Assembly: GCA_951812505.1 (NCBI GenBank)
Contig: CATOSI010000001.1
Span: 857,273-921,272, forward strand
DNA: 64,000 bases
DNA from: an uncultured Dehalococcoidia bacterium
GTDB taxonomy: Bacteria; Chloroflexota; Dehalococcoidia; Lucifugimonadales; UBA1123
Direction of reading: 5' to 3'
This document shows, one piece after another, positions 18,743 to 28,711 of the stretch. The position numbers and the translations under genes are program-made. Each line of letters opens with the position of its first letter. Within the stretch, counting starts at the first letter, position 1. Under the pieces are notes generated by a model that worked only from the letters and a program-made list of their open reading frames with translations, was not told where the DNA came from and searched no databases.

Positions 18743-20067
18743 ACCTGTTCGAACACAGAATGGAGCGCGACCTCAACCGTCTCGCGCCTCTTGCCGAGCG
18801 TATGCGCCCGCGAAACCTCGAGGAGTTCGTCGGACAGGAACACATCGTCGGACGAGACACCGTCCTAAGAAGGTCGCTAGACGCCGGCCATGTTCCCTCG
18901 ATGGTGCTGTGGGGGCCGCCCGGAACGGGTAAGACGACGCTCGCCCAGATAATCGCAGAATCCTCGAACGCCCACTTCGAGAGAGTCAGCGCGGTCACGT
19001 CGGGCGTCGCCGATCTTCGCCGAGTCGTGTCCGACGCCAGAGACAGGCTCGGAATGAACGGTGAGCAAACGATCTTGTTCGTGGACGAGATACACAGGTT
19101 CAACAAGGCTCAGCAGGACGTCATTCTGCCGCACGTCGAACGTGGGACCGTGATTCTCATCGGAGCTACCACCGAAAATCCTTCCTTCGAGGTCATTTCC
19201 CCCCTGCTGTCTCGCGCGCGGGTCTATACGTTGCGTCAACTCACGTCCGAACAGGTTTCTTCCATCCTGGACTCGGCGATGTCCGACTCCGAGCGCGGTC
19301 TCGCCAGCTTGAAGCCGGCGCTTGGGGACGACGCGAGAAAAGCGCTTGTCGCGCTGAGCAACGGCGACGCTCGCTCAGCACTGAACACGCTCGAACTGTC
19401 CGTAAACGGAGCTCCCCCAGACAATTCAGGAAGGCGACTTGTCTCTCTCCAGACAGTGGAGGACGCCGTCCAGAGACGCGCCACTCTCTACGACAAGTCC
19501 GGCGACCAGCACTACGACACTATTTCCGCATTCATCAAGTCGGTCAGAGCGTCCGACCCGGACGCGGCTGTTTACTGGCTTGCCAGGATGATTCACTCCG
19601 GGGAAGACGCCATGTTCATCGCAAGGCGAATTGTGATTCTCGCCGCCGAGGATGTGGGTCTCGCCGACCCGAACGCGCTCACCGTCGCGGTTTCCGCGCA
19701 GCAGGCCGTTCGCCTGGTAGGGATGCCGGAGGGTAGAATCCCGCTGTCGGAGGCGACCGTCTATCTTGCATCCGCGCCGAAGAGCAACCGCGCCTACGTC
19801 GCCATAAACGAGGCCATGAAGGACGCCGAACGGGACATGAACGAACCCGTCCCTCTGCATCTGAGAAACGCCGTAACCGACCTGATGCGGAACAGCGATT
19901 ACGGCAAAGGCTACAAGTACGCCCACGACTACAACGATGCCTTCACGCCTACCCAGAACCTCCCCGAGAACCTGAAAGGCAGGCGCTACTACGAGCCGTC
20001 TGACCGCGGCTACGAAGCCGAGGTGTCGGAGCGTATAGAGCGCTGGTGGGGCGACCGCAAGGGCTGA
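18739..20067 (+). CDS. rarA: replication-associated recombination protein A (AAA+)
   Basis: LAERMRPRNLEEFVGQEHIVG, Walker A GPPGTGKTT, Walker B LFVDEIHRFNK. ATG overlaps the selA TGA (ATGA). Confidence 0.9.
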   Translation: MNLFEHRMERDLNRLAPLAERMRPRNLEEFVGQEHIVGRDTVLRRSLDAGHVPSMVLWGPPGTGKTTLAQIIAESSNAHFERVSAVTSGVADLRRVVSDARDRLGMNGEQTILFVDEIHRFNKAQQDVILPHVERGTVILIGATTENPSFEVISPLLSRARVYTLRQLTSEQVSSILDSAMSDSERGLASLKPALGDDARKALVALSNGDARSALNTLELSVNGAPPDNSGRRLVSLQTVEDAVQRRATLYDKSGDQHYDTISAFIKSVRASDPDAAVYWLARMIHSGEDAMFIARRIVILAAEDVGLADPNALTVAVSAQQAVRLVGMPEGRIPLSEATVYLASAPKSNRAYVAINEAMKDAERDMNEPVPLHLRNAVTDLMRNSDYGKGYKYAHDYNDAFTPTQNLPENLKGRRYYEPSDRGYEAEVSERIERWWGDRKG

Positions 20068-20086
20068 TTGCCAGAGCGCGGCTCTC

Positions 20087-21349
20087 CTAGTCGCTGGCTA
20101 CGGCGGACGCGCTTGCCGCTTCTTCGGAGCGTTCCGAACCAAGGTCCGCCTCACGCTCGATGCCCGACGCCCGGGGTATCAGCCTGATCGCGTTCAGCAT
20201 GACTATTACGGCTCCGACTCCGATGGCCAAAGGCGCGCCGAAGAATGTGGAAATCGCGCCGGTATGGAATCCGGTCATACCTGTTACCCCCCACAACATT
20301 CCCTGGAAGCTGAGCACTCGCCCGCGCATATCGTATGGCACCCCGGTCTGAAGCATCGTGTTGACCACTGTCTCGTAAACGATGGCAATCCCGTAGGCCA
20401 GCCCCAGCATGGCCAGGGACAGCGGAACAGAGCGCGACAATGAAAACATCAATAGGAAGAAGCCATAGCCGAACACTCCGACCACCAGCAACATCCCCTT
20501 CTTCCGGGGGTTTTCGAAAGACGAAAGAGCTATGCTGGTCACCGTCGCGCCCATGCTTCCGGCCGCCAGCAGGTTGCCCAGCCCTGTCACCCCCATGCCC
20601 AGAACGTCCCTCGCCATCACGGGCAGCATGGGTTCATGGGCCCATCCGAACAGTTCGTTGATCAGTATCGCGCCGAGCAAAGTCCTGACCAGCGGGGACT
20701 TTATGGAAAAGAGCGCTCCCGATTTGAGGTCTTCGAAAGGCGAAGACTTCTCGGCTCGCTTGAGAACGGGCGGATTCACCAGCGTCAGCAGGGCGACCGA
20801 TATCAGGTCGCCCGCTGCCATAATCGTGTACGCCCAACCCATACCCGCGCCGTCAACCACCCTGCTAACCGACAGGGGCACGACAACGCCCATAACCATC
20901 ATGGACGCCATCCTGGCAGCGGTGGCGCTTACGAGCCGCTTGCTGCCCACTATATCCAAGCTGAGCGCCATCAGCCCGGGGATTCTCACGGACGCGGTAA
21001 TGCCGGACGCAATCGCGAAGACCAGCGCGTGCCAGAGTTGGATAGACTCGGTGAAGATGAGCGCGGCGATAACGGCCGCCCCGATACCCCTGAACAGTCC
21101 TCCAATTTGCACCGCCCTTACCTTCACCATGCGGTCGATAATCACACCGCCGATGGGAGAGAAGATGACCATAGTTAGCCCGCCACAGAACGAGGATATT
21201 CCCACCCACAACGGCGAGTCGGTGATCTGCAGGACCAGCCAGCCCTGGACGGCAAAGTACGCCAGCAGGCTGACGTCGCCAAACGCGCCCGCTATCCAGA
21301 ACGTCCTGAACTGTGAGTGGCGCAGTAGAAGAAGCACCCGCAGCCTCAC
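20087..21349 (-). CDS. MFS transporter
   Basis: About 12 hydrophobic segments and an MFS-like loop motif GGVIIDRMVKVR. Confidence 0.8.
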   Translation of the reverse strand: MRLRVLLLLRHSQFRTFWIAGAFGDVSLLAYFAVQGWLVLQITDSPLWVGISSFCGGLTMVIFSPIGGVIIDRMVKVRAVQIGGLFRGIGAAVIAALIFTESIQLWHALVFAIASGITASVRIPGLMALSLDIVGSKRLVSATAARMASMMVMGVVVPLSVSRVVDGAGMGWAYTIMAAGDLISVALLTLVNPPVLKRAEKSSPFEDLKSGALFSIKSPLVRTLLGAILINELFGWAHEPMLPVMARDVLGMGVTGLGNLLAAGSMGATVTSIALSSFENPRKKGMLLVVGVFGYGFFLLMFSLSRSVPLSLAMLGLAYGIAIVYETVVNTMLQTGVPYDMRGRVLSFQGMLWGVTGMTGFHTGAISTFFGAPLAIGVGAVIVMLNAIRLIPRASGIEREADLGSERSEEAASASAVASD

Positions 21350-21433
21350 CGATTCTGCTAGTCTCGTAAATCAGAAAGAGCGGGTCGCCAAACGGCGGAC
21401 CCGCCCCAAGGTCAACTCAATTGTGTTAGTTAT

Positions 21434-22546
21434 CTAGCCGCCGTTGGAGAAAACGTCCTGAATAGTTTCCAGTGTGTAATCTATATCGGATTCTGTGATC
21501 CCGTAGTGGGTAACGTATCGCCAGCGCTTCTGTCCGCCGCCGCCCTTTACACCTCGCTCCACAAGCTGCCGGTGCAGCTCATCTCTGTTCTCCCGCTCCA
21601 CGTCGAAGAATACTAGATTGGTTGGCAGGGACTCCGGCTCGATGCTTATCCCGGGTATCTCCGCCAGTCCATGGGCAAGTTTGCGCGCGTTCGAGTGGTC
21701 CTCAGCCAGGCGTTCGACCATGTTATCCAGAGCGACCAGTCCAGCGGCGGCTATCACGCCCACCTGCCTCATGCTGCCGCCGACCATCTTGCGCCAGCGG
21801 CGGGCCTCCAGTATATAGTCCTCAGAACCCACGATGATCGAACCTATCGGGCAGCTAAGTCCCTTCGACAGGCAGAAGGTCACCGAGTCCACGTCCTTCA
21901 CAAGTTCTGACACAGGCGCTTCCAAAGCGACCGCCGCGTTGAAAATCCGCGCGCCGTCAACGTGAACGGGTACTCCGTTCGCGTGGGCGACGTCAGCCAC
22001 CGACTTCATGTCGTCCTGAGTCAGCGTCGCGCCGCCGCACATGTTCTGCGTGTTCTCAAGACATACCAGCGCGGTCCGCGGCATATGAGGATCGTTGGGC
22101 CGAACAGCCGCCTGTATATCGTCGGTGTCCAGCATTCCTCGTTCGTCGTTCGGAATGGTATGGAAGGAAACGCCGCCCAGCGCGGACGCTCCCCCCGCCT
22201 CGCTTCTGAATATGTGCGCCTTGTTGCCGAGTATTATCTCGTCGCCCCTCTGCGCGTGGGAAAGTACGGACACCAGGTTGCCCATAGTGCCGCTTGCTAC
22301 AAATACGGCCGCCTCTTTGCCCAGACGCTCCGCCGCCTTCGCTTCAAGAGCGTTGAGGGTGGGGTCCTCACCGTAAACGTCGTCTCCCAGTTCGGCTTCA
22401 TACATCGCCCTTCGCATCTCGGGAGAAGGATGTGTAACGGTGTCACTACGCAGGTCAACTACTCTCATTCGCCTTACTCTCCTTGGCTTCGGGGCCTGGT
22501 CAATTGCCTTGGCAACTCGCCCAATTCTATCAACCACGCTTGTCAA
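21434..22546 (-). CDS. ltaE: low-specificity threonine aldolase / beta-eliminating lyase family
   Basis: DLRSDTVTHPSPEMRRAM and GTMGNL motifs. An alternative start at M27 (22468) is possible. Confidence 0.75.
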   Translation of the reverse strand: MTSVVDRIGRVAKAIDQAPKPRRVRRMRVVDLRSDTVTHPSPEMRRAMYEAELGDDVYGEDPTLNALEAKAAERLGKEAAVFVASGTMGNLVSVLSHAQRGDEIILGNKAHIFRSEAGGASALGGVSFHTIPNDERGMLDTDDIQAAVRPNDPHMPRTALVCLENTQNMCGGATLTQDDMKSVADVAHANGVPVHVDGARIFNAAVALEAPVSELVKDVDSVTFCLSKGLSCPIGSIIVGSEDYILEARRWRKMVGGSMRQVGVIAAAGLVALDNMVERLAEDHSNARKLAHGLAEIPGISIEPESLPTNLVFFDVERENRDELHRQLVERGVKGGGGQKRWRYVTHYGITESDIDYTLETIQDVFSNGG

Positions 22547-22600
22547 ACGCTATAGCGCGACCTTAGTATTGATAACGCACAATTTCAGGCGGTACAAGAC

Positions 22601-23251
22601 TTGGATTCGAATAGACAGTCAGTCACCATTGACAGCGGTGAACTCCGTATCGAGGGTTCGCTGCACCTGCCGGAAGAAACCGCGCGCAAGGCCCCGGGCG
22701 TCGTCGTGTGCCACCCGCACCCGAGGTATGGCGGGGATATGAACAACAACGTCGTCCTTGGACTGACGAATCGCCTGGTAAGGGACGGCTTTGCGGTAAT
22801 GAGATTCAATTTTCGTGGTGTCGGCAACAGCGAGGGTTCGTTCGACTGGGGTGGAGGCGAAACCGACGACGCGGACGCCGCACTCGAAACACTGTCTCTC
22901 CGCGACGAGGTGGACGGCAGCCGTATCGGAATAGCCGGCTACAGTTTCGGCGCGGCGGTCGCCATGCAGTCCGCGGCCGACTCCACGCTGGCTCAGGCTG
23001 TGGCCGCGATTGCCTGCCCCGCTCCTCAATTCAGGGCATTCAGCGGGATGGAGATACTCCAGCCCAAGATGTTTGTACTCGGAGACCACGATCACAACTT
23101 TCCGGCTGACCAGTTCAGATTCCTCTGCAGGAGGTTCGCCGATCCCAGGCGCGATGAAGTAATCGGCGGCGCGGACCACTTCTTCCGAGGGTCTGAACCA
23201 CTCCTCGGAGAAATGACTTCCGAATTCTTCACGACATGGCTCAAGCGCTAG
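22601..23251 (+). CDS. alpha/beta hydrolase (COG2945-like), paralog 1
   Basis: VVVCHPHPRYGGDMNNNVV ... RFNFRGVGNSEG ... GYSFGA nucleophile elbow. Confidence 0.75.
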   Translation: MDSNRQSVTIDSGELRIEGSLHLPEETARKAPGVVVCHPHPRYGGDMNNNVVLGLTNRLVRDGFAVMRFNFRGVGNSEGSFDWGGGETDDADAALETLSLRDEVDGSRIGIAGYSFGAAVAMQSAADSTLAQAVAAIACPAPQFRAFSGMEILQPKMFVLGDHDHNFPADQFRFLCRRFADPRRDEVIGGADHFFRGSEPLLGEMTSEFFTTWLKR

Positions 23252-23322
23252 CGCCACGTCCGATTAGTTTTGTTGAATTCAGCGTACTTTCAATTTCCAT
23301 TCGTCATTTGCATGTTGAGAGT

Positions 23323-23366
23323 CCCTTCCCCCTTGATGGGGGAAGGCTAGGATGGGGGTGAAACCT
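23323..23366 (-). repeat. family C hairpin repeat, copy 1
   Basis: CCCTTCCCCCTTGATGGGGGAAGGCTAGGATGGGGGTGAAACC. Its reverse complement nearly matches copy 2. Confidence 0.8.
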
Positions 23367-23379
23367 CAACTACAATTCA

Positions 23380-23408
23380 GTCATTCCCGCGAAGGCGGGA
23401 ATCCAGAG
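23380..23408 (-). repeat. family A repeat, copy 3 (inverted)
   Basis: GTCATTCCCGCGAAGGCGGGAATCCAGAG. Confidence 0.85.
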
Positions 23409-23537
23409 ATTGCGGCGCACTGGTACATGGCAAAGTCACCTGAACGCTGTACCATGCTGAACGACGACGACCAACCGAGGACACCGAATCTATCCTGAGA
23501 CTCAGCGCGTCTCACAGAACTTGATTCAGACGGAACT

Positions 23538-24176
23538 ATGCGACAGTCGGCAATAGACTTCAGAAGTAAGAGACTCACGTTGGAAGGTATCTTCTCAACA
23601 CCGACCGAGGCGGGGCCGTACCTGCCCGCAGTCGCCGTTTGCCACCCCCACCCGATACTCGGCGGCGATATGAACTCTCCTATTGTAACCTCCGTCTGTC
23701 GCGCAGCCTCAGACGAGGGCTTTGCCACGCTCAGATTTAATTTCAGGGGAGTCGGCGAAAGCGAGGGCGAATTCTCCAACGGCAAGGACGAGCACAACGA
23801 CGTGAAGTCGGCCTTGAATGTCCTGGCGCGCTGGCCGGGCATTGACCGGAAACGCATTGGCGTCGTCGGATACTCGGCAGGCGCCTCCATACTGCTGGAC
23901 GGCATAAAGCACGTCAAGCGCGCCTCCGCGATAGTTCTTATTGCGCCTACACTTGCCTCACTACGCAACAGGCGATTCATCAAAGACAAGCGGCCCCGTC
24001 TTGTCATAGCCGGCTCCGAAGACCGTGTAGCCCCGTCCCTCCAGATCCAGCACATCCTCGACGAATGCCGCGGCCCGGTGCGATTCCGCGAAATTCGCGG
24101 CGCCGACCACTCCATGCGCGGCCAAGAATCCGAAATAGCCCGTGCCGTCGCCGAGTTCCTGGTACAGAGTCTATAG
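23538..24176 (+). CDS. alpha/beta hydrolase (COG2945-like), paralog 2
   Basis: VAVCHPHPILGGDMNSPIV ... RFNFRGVGESEG ... GYSAGA. Clear paralog of 22601..23251. Confidence 0.75.
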   Translation: MRQSAIDFRSKRLTLEGIFSTPTEAGPYLPAVAVCHPHPILGGDMNSPIVTSVCRAASDEGFATLRFNFRGVGESEGEFSNGKDEHNDVKSALNVLARWPGIDRKRIGVVGYSAGASILLDGIKHVKRASAIVLIAPTLASLRNRRFIKDKRPRLVIAGSEDRVAPSLQIQHILDECRGPVRFREIRGADHSMRGQESEIARAVAEFLVQSL

Positions 24177-24338
24177 GTCATTTGCACGCCATCAGCAGAC
24201 CTCCTGCACGCCCGCCAGAAGACTATAAGCCCAATTTTATGCCCCAACCCAGCAGAGACTTGCGACAACCAAACACCGACACTGGTAAACTACCAGCGCA
24301 CACCACAGACTCACCGATTGAACGACAGGAGCGTTAAA

Positions 24339-25760
24339 GTGTCAGACTCACAGGAATACAGACTCGAACGAGACTCGATGGGCGAGTTCAGCGTGCCGGT
24401 GGACGCCTACTACGGCGCGAACACCATGCGCGCCGTACTCAACTTCCCCATCAGCGACCTCAGGTTCGGGCGATCCTTCATCCACGCCATAGCCTCCATT
24501 AAGCTCGCCGCCGCCCAGGTCAACAGTGAGCTTGACCTTCTTTCCGACGACATATCCAATGCGATTGTCACTGCCGCGAGCCAGGTGGCCGACGGCGACT
24601 TCGACGACCAGTTCGTCGTTGACATCTTCCAGACCGGCTCCGGCACTTCCACCAACATGAACGCCAATGAAGTCATATCCAACAGGGCAATCGAGAACCT
24701 GGGCGGAACCAAAGGCTCCCGAGACCCGGTCCATCCCAACGACCACGTAAACATAGGGCAGTCCTCCAACGACGTCATCCCGACCGCAATCCACATCGCC
24801 GCGCTCAGAGCGATTCACGACGAACTTATCCCAGCCCTCGAAGAATTGAAGGCGGACCTCGATGCGAAGGCGGACGAGTTCATGCCCATCGTCAAGACGG
24901 GACGAACCCACCTCCAGGACGCCACTCCGGTCAGACTCGGACAGGAATTCCTCGGACACGCAGGACAGATAGAGCGTGGAATCTCGCGCCTCAGACAGGC
25001 CGAGAATGAACTCGGCGAGGTCGCGTTGGGCGGAACGGCCGTCGGCACGGGCGTGAACACCCATCCCGAATTCGCCTCAAGAGTCTGCACGAAGTTGACC
25101 GAGGCCTTGGGCGTCGAGGTCAGGGAGACCACCAACCATTTCCAGGCTCAGAGCACGCTTGACAACATCGTTGCCGCCAGTGGCGCACTCAAGACTGTGG
25201 CTGTCAGCCTAATGAAGATAAGCAACGATATTCGCTGGCTCGGCTCCGGCCCTCGCGCCGGAGTTGGCGAGATCATGCTCCCCGAAGTCCAGCCCGGAAG
25301 CTCGATAATGCCCGGCAAGGTGAACCCGGTAATACCCGAGTCGGTCTGCCAGGTAGCAGCGCAGGTAATAGGCAACGACGCCACAATCGCGGTTGCGGGG
25401 CAGTCCGGCAACTTCGAAATTAACGTGATGATGCCGGTTGCCGCCTACAACCTGCTCCAGTCCATAGACCTGCTCGCCACCTCGGCCCGCAACCTCGCCA
25501 GACAATGCGTTCGCGACCTCGAAGCCACTTCCGCGGGCCCCAACATGGTTGACAGGGGACTCGCAATCGTAACCACCCTCGTACCCGTTATTGGCTATGA
25601 CGCCTCCGCCGACATCGCGAAGGAGGCGCAGGCAACAGGCCAGACTGTCAAGGAAGTCGCGCTTGTCAAGACCGACCTGTCATCAGAGGAACTCGACCAG
25701 ATTCTCGACCCGTCCGGTATGACCGAACCCGGGCTCGGATCAGGCGTCGCGCTGGGCTAG
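24339..25760 (+). CDS. aspartate ammonia-lyase / class II fumarate hydratase family
   Basis: Signature GSSIMPGKVNP, plus TGRTHLQDATP and QSSNDV. The N-terminus ERDSMGEFSVPVDAYYG leans towards aspartase. GTG start at 24339 follows RBS AGGAG. Confidence 0.85.
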   Translation: MSDSQEYRLERDSMGEFSVPVDAYYGANTMRAVLNFPISDLRFGRSFIHAIASIKLAAAQVNSELDLLSDDISNAIVTAASQVADGDFDDQFVVDIFQTGSGTSTNMNANEVISNRAIENLGGTKGSRDPVHPNDHVNIGQSSNDVIPTAIHIAALRAIHDELIPALEELKADLDAKADEFMPIVKTGRTHLQDATPVRLGQEFLGHAGQIERGISRLRQAENELGEVALGGTAVGTGVNTHPEFASRVCTKLTEALGVEVRETTNHFQAQSTLDNIVAASGALKTVAVSLMKISNDIRWLGSGPRAGVGEIMLPEVQPGSSIMPGKVNPVIPESVCQVAAQVIGNDATIAVAGQSGNFEINVMMPVAAYNLLQSIDLLATSARNLARQCVRDLEATSAGPNMVDRGLAIVTTLVPVIGYDASADIAKEAQATGQTVKEVALVKTDLSSEELDQILDPSGMTEPGLGSGVALG

Positions 25761-25800
25761 TAGTGCGACAACTTAGTTGTGATGGACATTCGGATTCCGA

Positions 25801-25842
25801 TTTCTCCCCTCTCCCTCTGGGAGAGGGCTGGGGTGAGGGTAG
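25801..25842 (+). repeat. family B hairpin repeat (CCCTCTCC / GGAGAGGG + GGGGTGAGGG)
   Basis: TTTCTCCCCTCTCCCTCTGGGAGAGGGCTGGGGTGAGGGTAG in the gap between convergent genes. Confidence 0.7.
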
Positions 25843-25885
25843 ATAAGCCGTTATTCCAAAGATGTTGGAACACTAGTTGCCGAAG

Positions 25886-27136
25886 TCATTGAGGGGCTTT
25901 CAGTCTGTCGCGGACGAAAGCCTCTTCCTCTTCCCTGCTACCGACGAGACCGTCCTGCCTCGCCGCCCGTAGCCGTCGCTGAATTCTGCCGACTTCCGGC
26001 CCCCGTGAAACGCCAAGCGCGATGATGTCATCTCCTGTCAGTATCGTCCGGAGCGGCCTGTGAACCCGAAGATACTCCTGCAGTCGCCCGCCGATTGGAC
26101 TTCCCGCCCTGGCAATGGCGCATCCTATGACGCTGAGCTCTGATAAAGCGTCCAGCGCTTCAGCGACCGCGCTATTAGCCGCGCCCTCGAACTCGTCTCC
26201 CTCAATCCGAGCTATCAGCCCTGCCGAATCTCGCAGCGCGCGGCGCGCTCTCGCCTCCGGCATAAGCCGAGCCGCCACGCTAGTGGACTCGGGCACGGAC
26301 ATACCTGCTCCCAGTATCGCGTACCCGACCGCTATTCTGCCCCGCTCGGACAGGCCATGCGTTCTTTCTGAATACAGGGACCATGCGTCCGCCTCGTACT
26401 CAAGCGCCGGACTAACCGCAGACAGCGCGCGCCACCCGCTCAACAAGCCGAGCGCGGAGGCTGCGTCCGGTTCGAGAAAGATTCGCTCCAACTCGTCCCT
26501 CATCCGGGCGGGTGAAATCTTCGAGATGAACCCCACCGAAGCGAGTAGGGCGTCTTTCGTCTCAGGGGACAGTTCAAACGACAACCGACTCGCATACCGC
26601 GCCGCCCGCAATATCCTAGTCGCGTCTTCCCTGAAGCTGCCAGGGTGCAGTATCCGCAGCGTCCCCTCTCGTAGGTCACCCGACCCGCCCTGTGGGTCGA
26701 ACAAGTCTCCCCAGGTATCCTCTGACAGCGACACTGCCATGGCATTCACTGAGAAGTCGCGCCGAGCCAGGTCCTCGTCCAGCGTTCCCTGTCGCACGAC
26801 AGGAAGGCTTCCGGGCGACGGATAGCTCTCGGCGCGCGCCATGATAATGTCGAAGTCGTAGCCTCCGACCTTCATACCGACCGTATTGAACTGAGACTGC
26901 TTGGTAATCTCGCCGCACACCAGCCGGGCAATGTCGCTAAACGTGTCGGCGGTGGCGCCGACCAACGCGACATCCAGATCAGGCGACCCGGTCGCTTCCA
27001 AGAACAGGTCCCGGACGAGGCCGCCAACGAGGAACGGCTCGACTCCGCATTCCTCAGCCGCTTTCGCAACATCCCTCAGCGCGCGAAGGACTGCCGGAGA
27101 TATTCCCGACGCCATCAGGCCAGCAACGTTTTCCAT
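25886..27136 (-). CDS. CCA-adding enzyme / poly(A) polymerase-family nucleotidyltransferase
   Basis: LVGGLVRDLFL ... DLDVALV nucleotidyltransferase head motif, plus RDFSVNAMA. Confidence 0.75.
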   Translation of the reverse strand: MENVAGLMASGISPAVLRALRDVAKAAEECGVEPFLVGGLVRDLFLEATGSPDLDVALVGATADTFSDIARLVCGEITKQSQFNTVGMKVGGYDFDIIMARAESYPSPGSLPVVRQGTLDEDLARRDFSVNAMAVSLSEDTWGDLFDPQGGSGDLREGTLRILHPGSFREDATRILRAARYASRLSFELSPETKDALLASVGFISKISPARMRDELERIFLEPDAASALGLLSGWRALSAVSPALEYEADAWSLYSERTHGLSERGRIAVGYAILGAGMSVPESTSVAARLMPEARARRALRDSAGLIARIEGDEFEGAANSAVAEALDALSELSVIGCAIARAGSPIGGRLQEYLRVHRPLRTILTGDDIIALGVSRGPEVGRIQRRLRAARQDGLVGSREEEEAFVRDRLKAPQ

Positions 27137-27175
27137 CCCTATCCTCGCATGTGGGCCGATTTGGGCGAGATAGTC

Positions 27176-27934
27176 CTAGGAAGATGCTGTGGCGACCTTC
27201 TCCTTGAACGCCTCCGCGCCAGCCTGCGCCCATGCAGTCCAGCCGGTCATCATGAACTTCACGCCCTTCTCGATATACGCCTCGACATTGGCGTCGCTCG
27301 CGAGCGCCCCCGGGGTTCTACCCGCGGCGGCTATCTTGGACAGCGCGCCGTCTATCGTACTTGTAACTTCAGGGTGCCCAAGCTGGCCGATGTACCCCAT
27401 GGACTGAGCGAGGTCGCTCGGCGCGACGAAGAAGACGTCAATGTTGTCAACCTCGAGAATCTCGTCCAGATTATTGACCGCTACGATGTCCTCGATGAGA
27501 ACGACGAGAAGGCTCTGGTCGTTGGCCTCGGCGAAGTAGTTATCTACACCGTAACTCTGGCGGCTGCCGAACATCCCGCGTTCGCCGATAGGGGCAAACT
27601 TCCCGGCGCTTACTACAGCCTCGGCCTCCTCTTTAGTGTTCACGTGTGGCACCACAATGCCCTGGGCTCCGACGTCCAGCGTGCGATATATGATGCCCGG
27701 CACGTTCTGGTTGACTCGCACCACCGAGCTCATGCCCCAGATGTCCGCCGCCCTGGTGAGGTCCGGAATATCCTTGTAGTCCACGGGACCGTGTTCGCCC
27801 TCGATCCACACGCCGTCGAACCCTAGCGGCCCGAGCCAGTCCACTATGTCCGGCGTCATGTGCCCGGACAATACGACAGACACCTCGCCCCTATTGAGTT
27901 TAGCCTTGACCCTGTTTTCTCGCATGGACGCCAA
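27176..27934 (-). CDS. HpcH/HpaI-family aldolase
   Basis: About 250 aa with WIEGEHGP and VVPHVNTKEEAE motifs typical of the 2,4-dihydroxyhept-2-enedioate aldolase family. Confidence 0.7.
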   Translation of the reverse strand: MASMRENRVKAKLNRGEVSVVLSGHMTPDIVDWLGPLGFDGVWIEGEHGPVDYKDIPDLTRAADIWGMSSVVRVNQNVPGIIYRTLDVGAQGIVVPHVNTKEEAEAVVSAGKFAPIGERGMFGSRQSYGVDNYFAEANDQSLLVVLIEDIVAVNNLDEILEVDNIDVFFVAPSDLAQSMGYIGQLGHPEVTSTIDGALSKIAAAGRTPGALASDANVEAYIEKGVKFMMTGWTAWAQAGAEAFKEKVATASS

Positions 27935-28102
27935 TGTGACACCTCGTTAGCCATGTTGAATGCGACCCCATCCGGCTCGCTGAACAAGCCAATTATAGAT
28001 TCGGCATCTGAGAACGGTCAATCGCGGGAACGATTGCGACCGCCTGTCGTATAATCCCCGTAACCGAGTCGCGTCCCAGCCCAGAAGGAATACCATTCAC
28101 AT

Positions 28103-28594
28103 ATGCCCTCCGACAACAGCTACTGCCACAGGTGCGGAAACGGCATGAGCGAACGCAATGTAGGCGGGACGATGCGCCCCAGCTGCGATTCGTGTGGGGC
28201 AGTCGTCTTTCTCGACCCCAAGCTCGCCGTCGTCGTCATTGTTTCCCACGAGGACAGCATTCTCATGGTGAAGCGCGACATCGAGCCGATGATGGGACGC
28301 TGGAGCTTCCCCTCTGGCTACGTTGACCGCGGCGAGGTCGTGGAAGAGGCCGCCGTGCGTGAGGTCCGGGAAGAAACGAGTGTCGAGGTGAAGCTGGACG
28401 GGCTGCTAGGCGTGTATTCGGGCCGGGGCGCCCCCGTCGTGTTGATCGCATACGCGGCGCGAGTTTGCGGCGGAAGCGCCGAGGCGGGTGACGAGACGCA
28501 AGCGGTTGGATGGTTCCCGTCGGACGACCTTCCTCCCCTGCCGTTCCCGCACGACGAGGAGATTATGAGTGACTGGCGCGCCGCTGCCCACTAG
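28103..28594 (+). CDS. NUDIX hydrolase with N-terminal zinc ribbon
   Basis: CHRCG...CDSCG ribbon followed by Nudix box GYVDRGEVVEEAAVREVREETSV. Confidence 0.8.
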   Translation: MPSDNSYCHRCGNGMSERNVGGTMRPSCDSCGAVVFLDPKLAVVVIVSHEDSILMVKRDIEPMMGRWSFPSGYVDRGEVVEEAAVREVREETSVEVKLDGLLGVYSGRGAPVVLIAYAARVCGGSAEAGDETQAVGWFPSDDLPPLPFPHDEEIMSDWRAAAH

Positions 28595-28656
28595 GTTTTG
28601 TTGACATTCCATGATTTCCCTACCTTCAAAGTGTTCCGGTAGGAAAAATGGCTACA

Positions 28657-28697
28657 CCCCGCACCCCTGGATTCCCGTTTTCACGGGAATGACGAGA
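28657..28697 (+). repeat. family A repeat, copy 4
   Basis: CCCCGCACCCCTGGATTCCCGTTTTCACGGGAATGACGAGA. The stem is kept but the loop is different (TTTTCA). Confidence 0.8.
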
Positions 28698-28711
28698 AAT
28701 GTCAACATAGC

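Noticed and set aside
23381-24268. 295-aa minus-strand ORF
   Set aside because: It lies antisense to the well-supported hydrolase paralog 2 (23538..24176) and begins inside the family A repeat. Its composition (Arg/Ser/Pro-rich) is that of a GC-rich shadow ORF.
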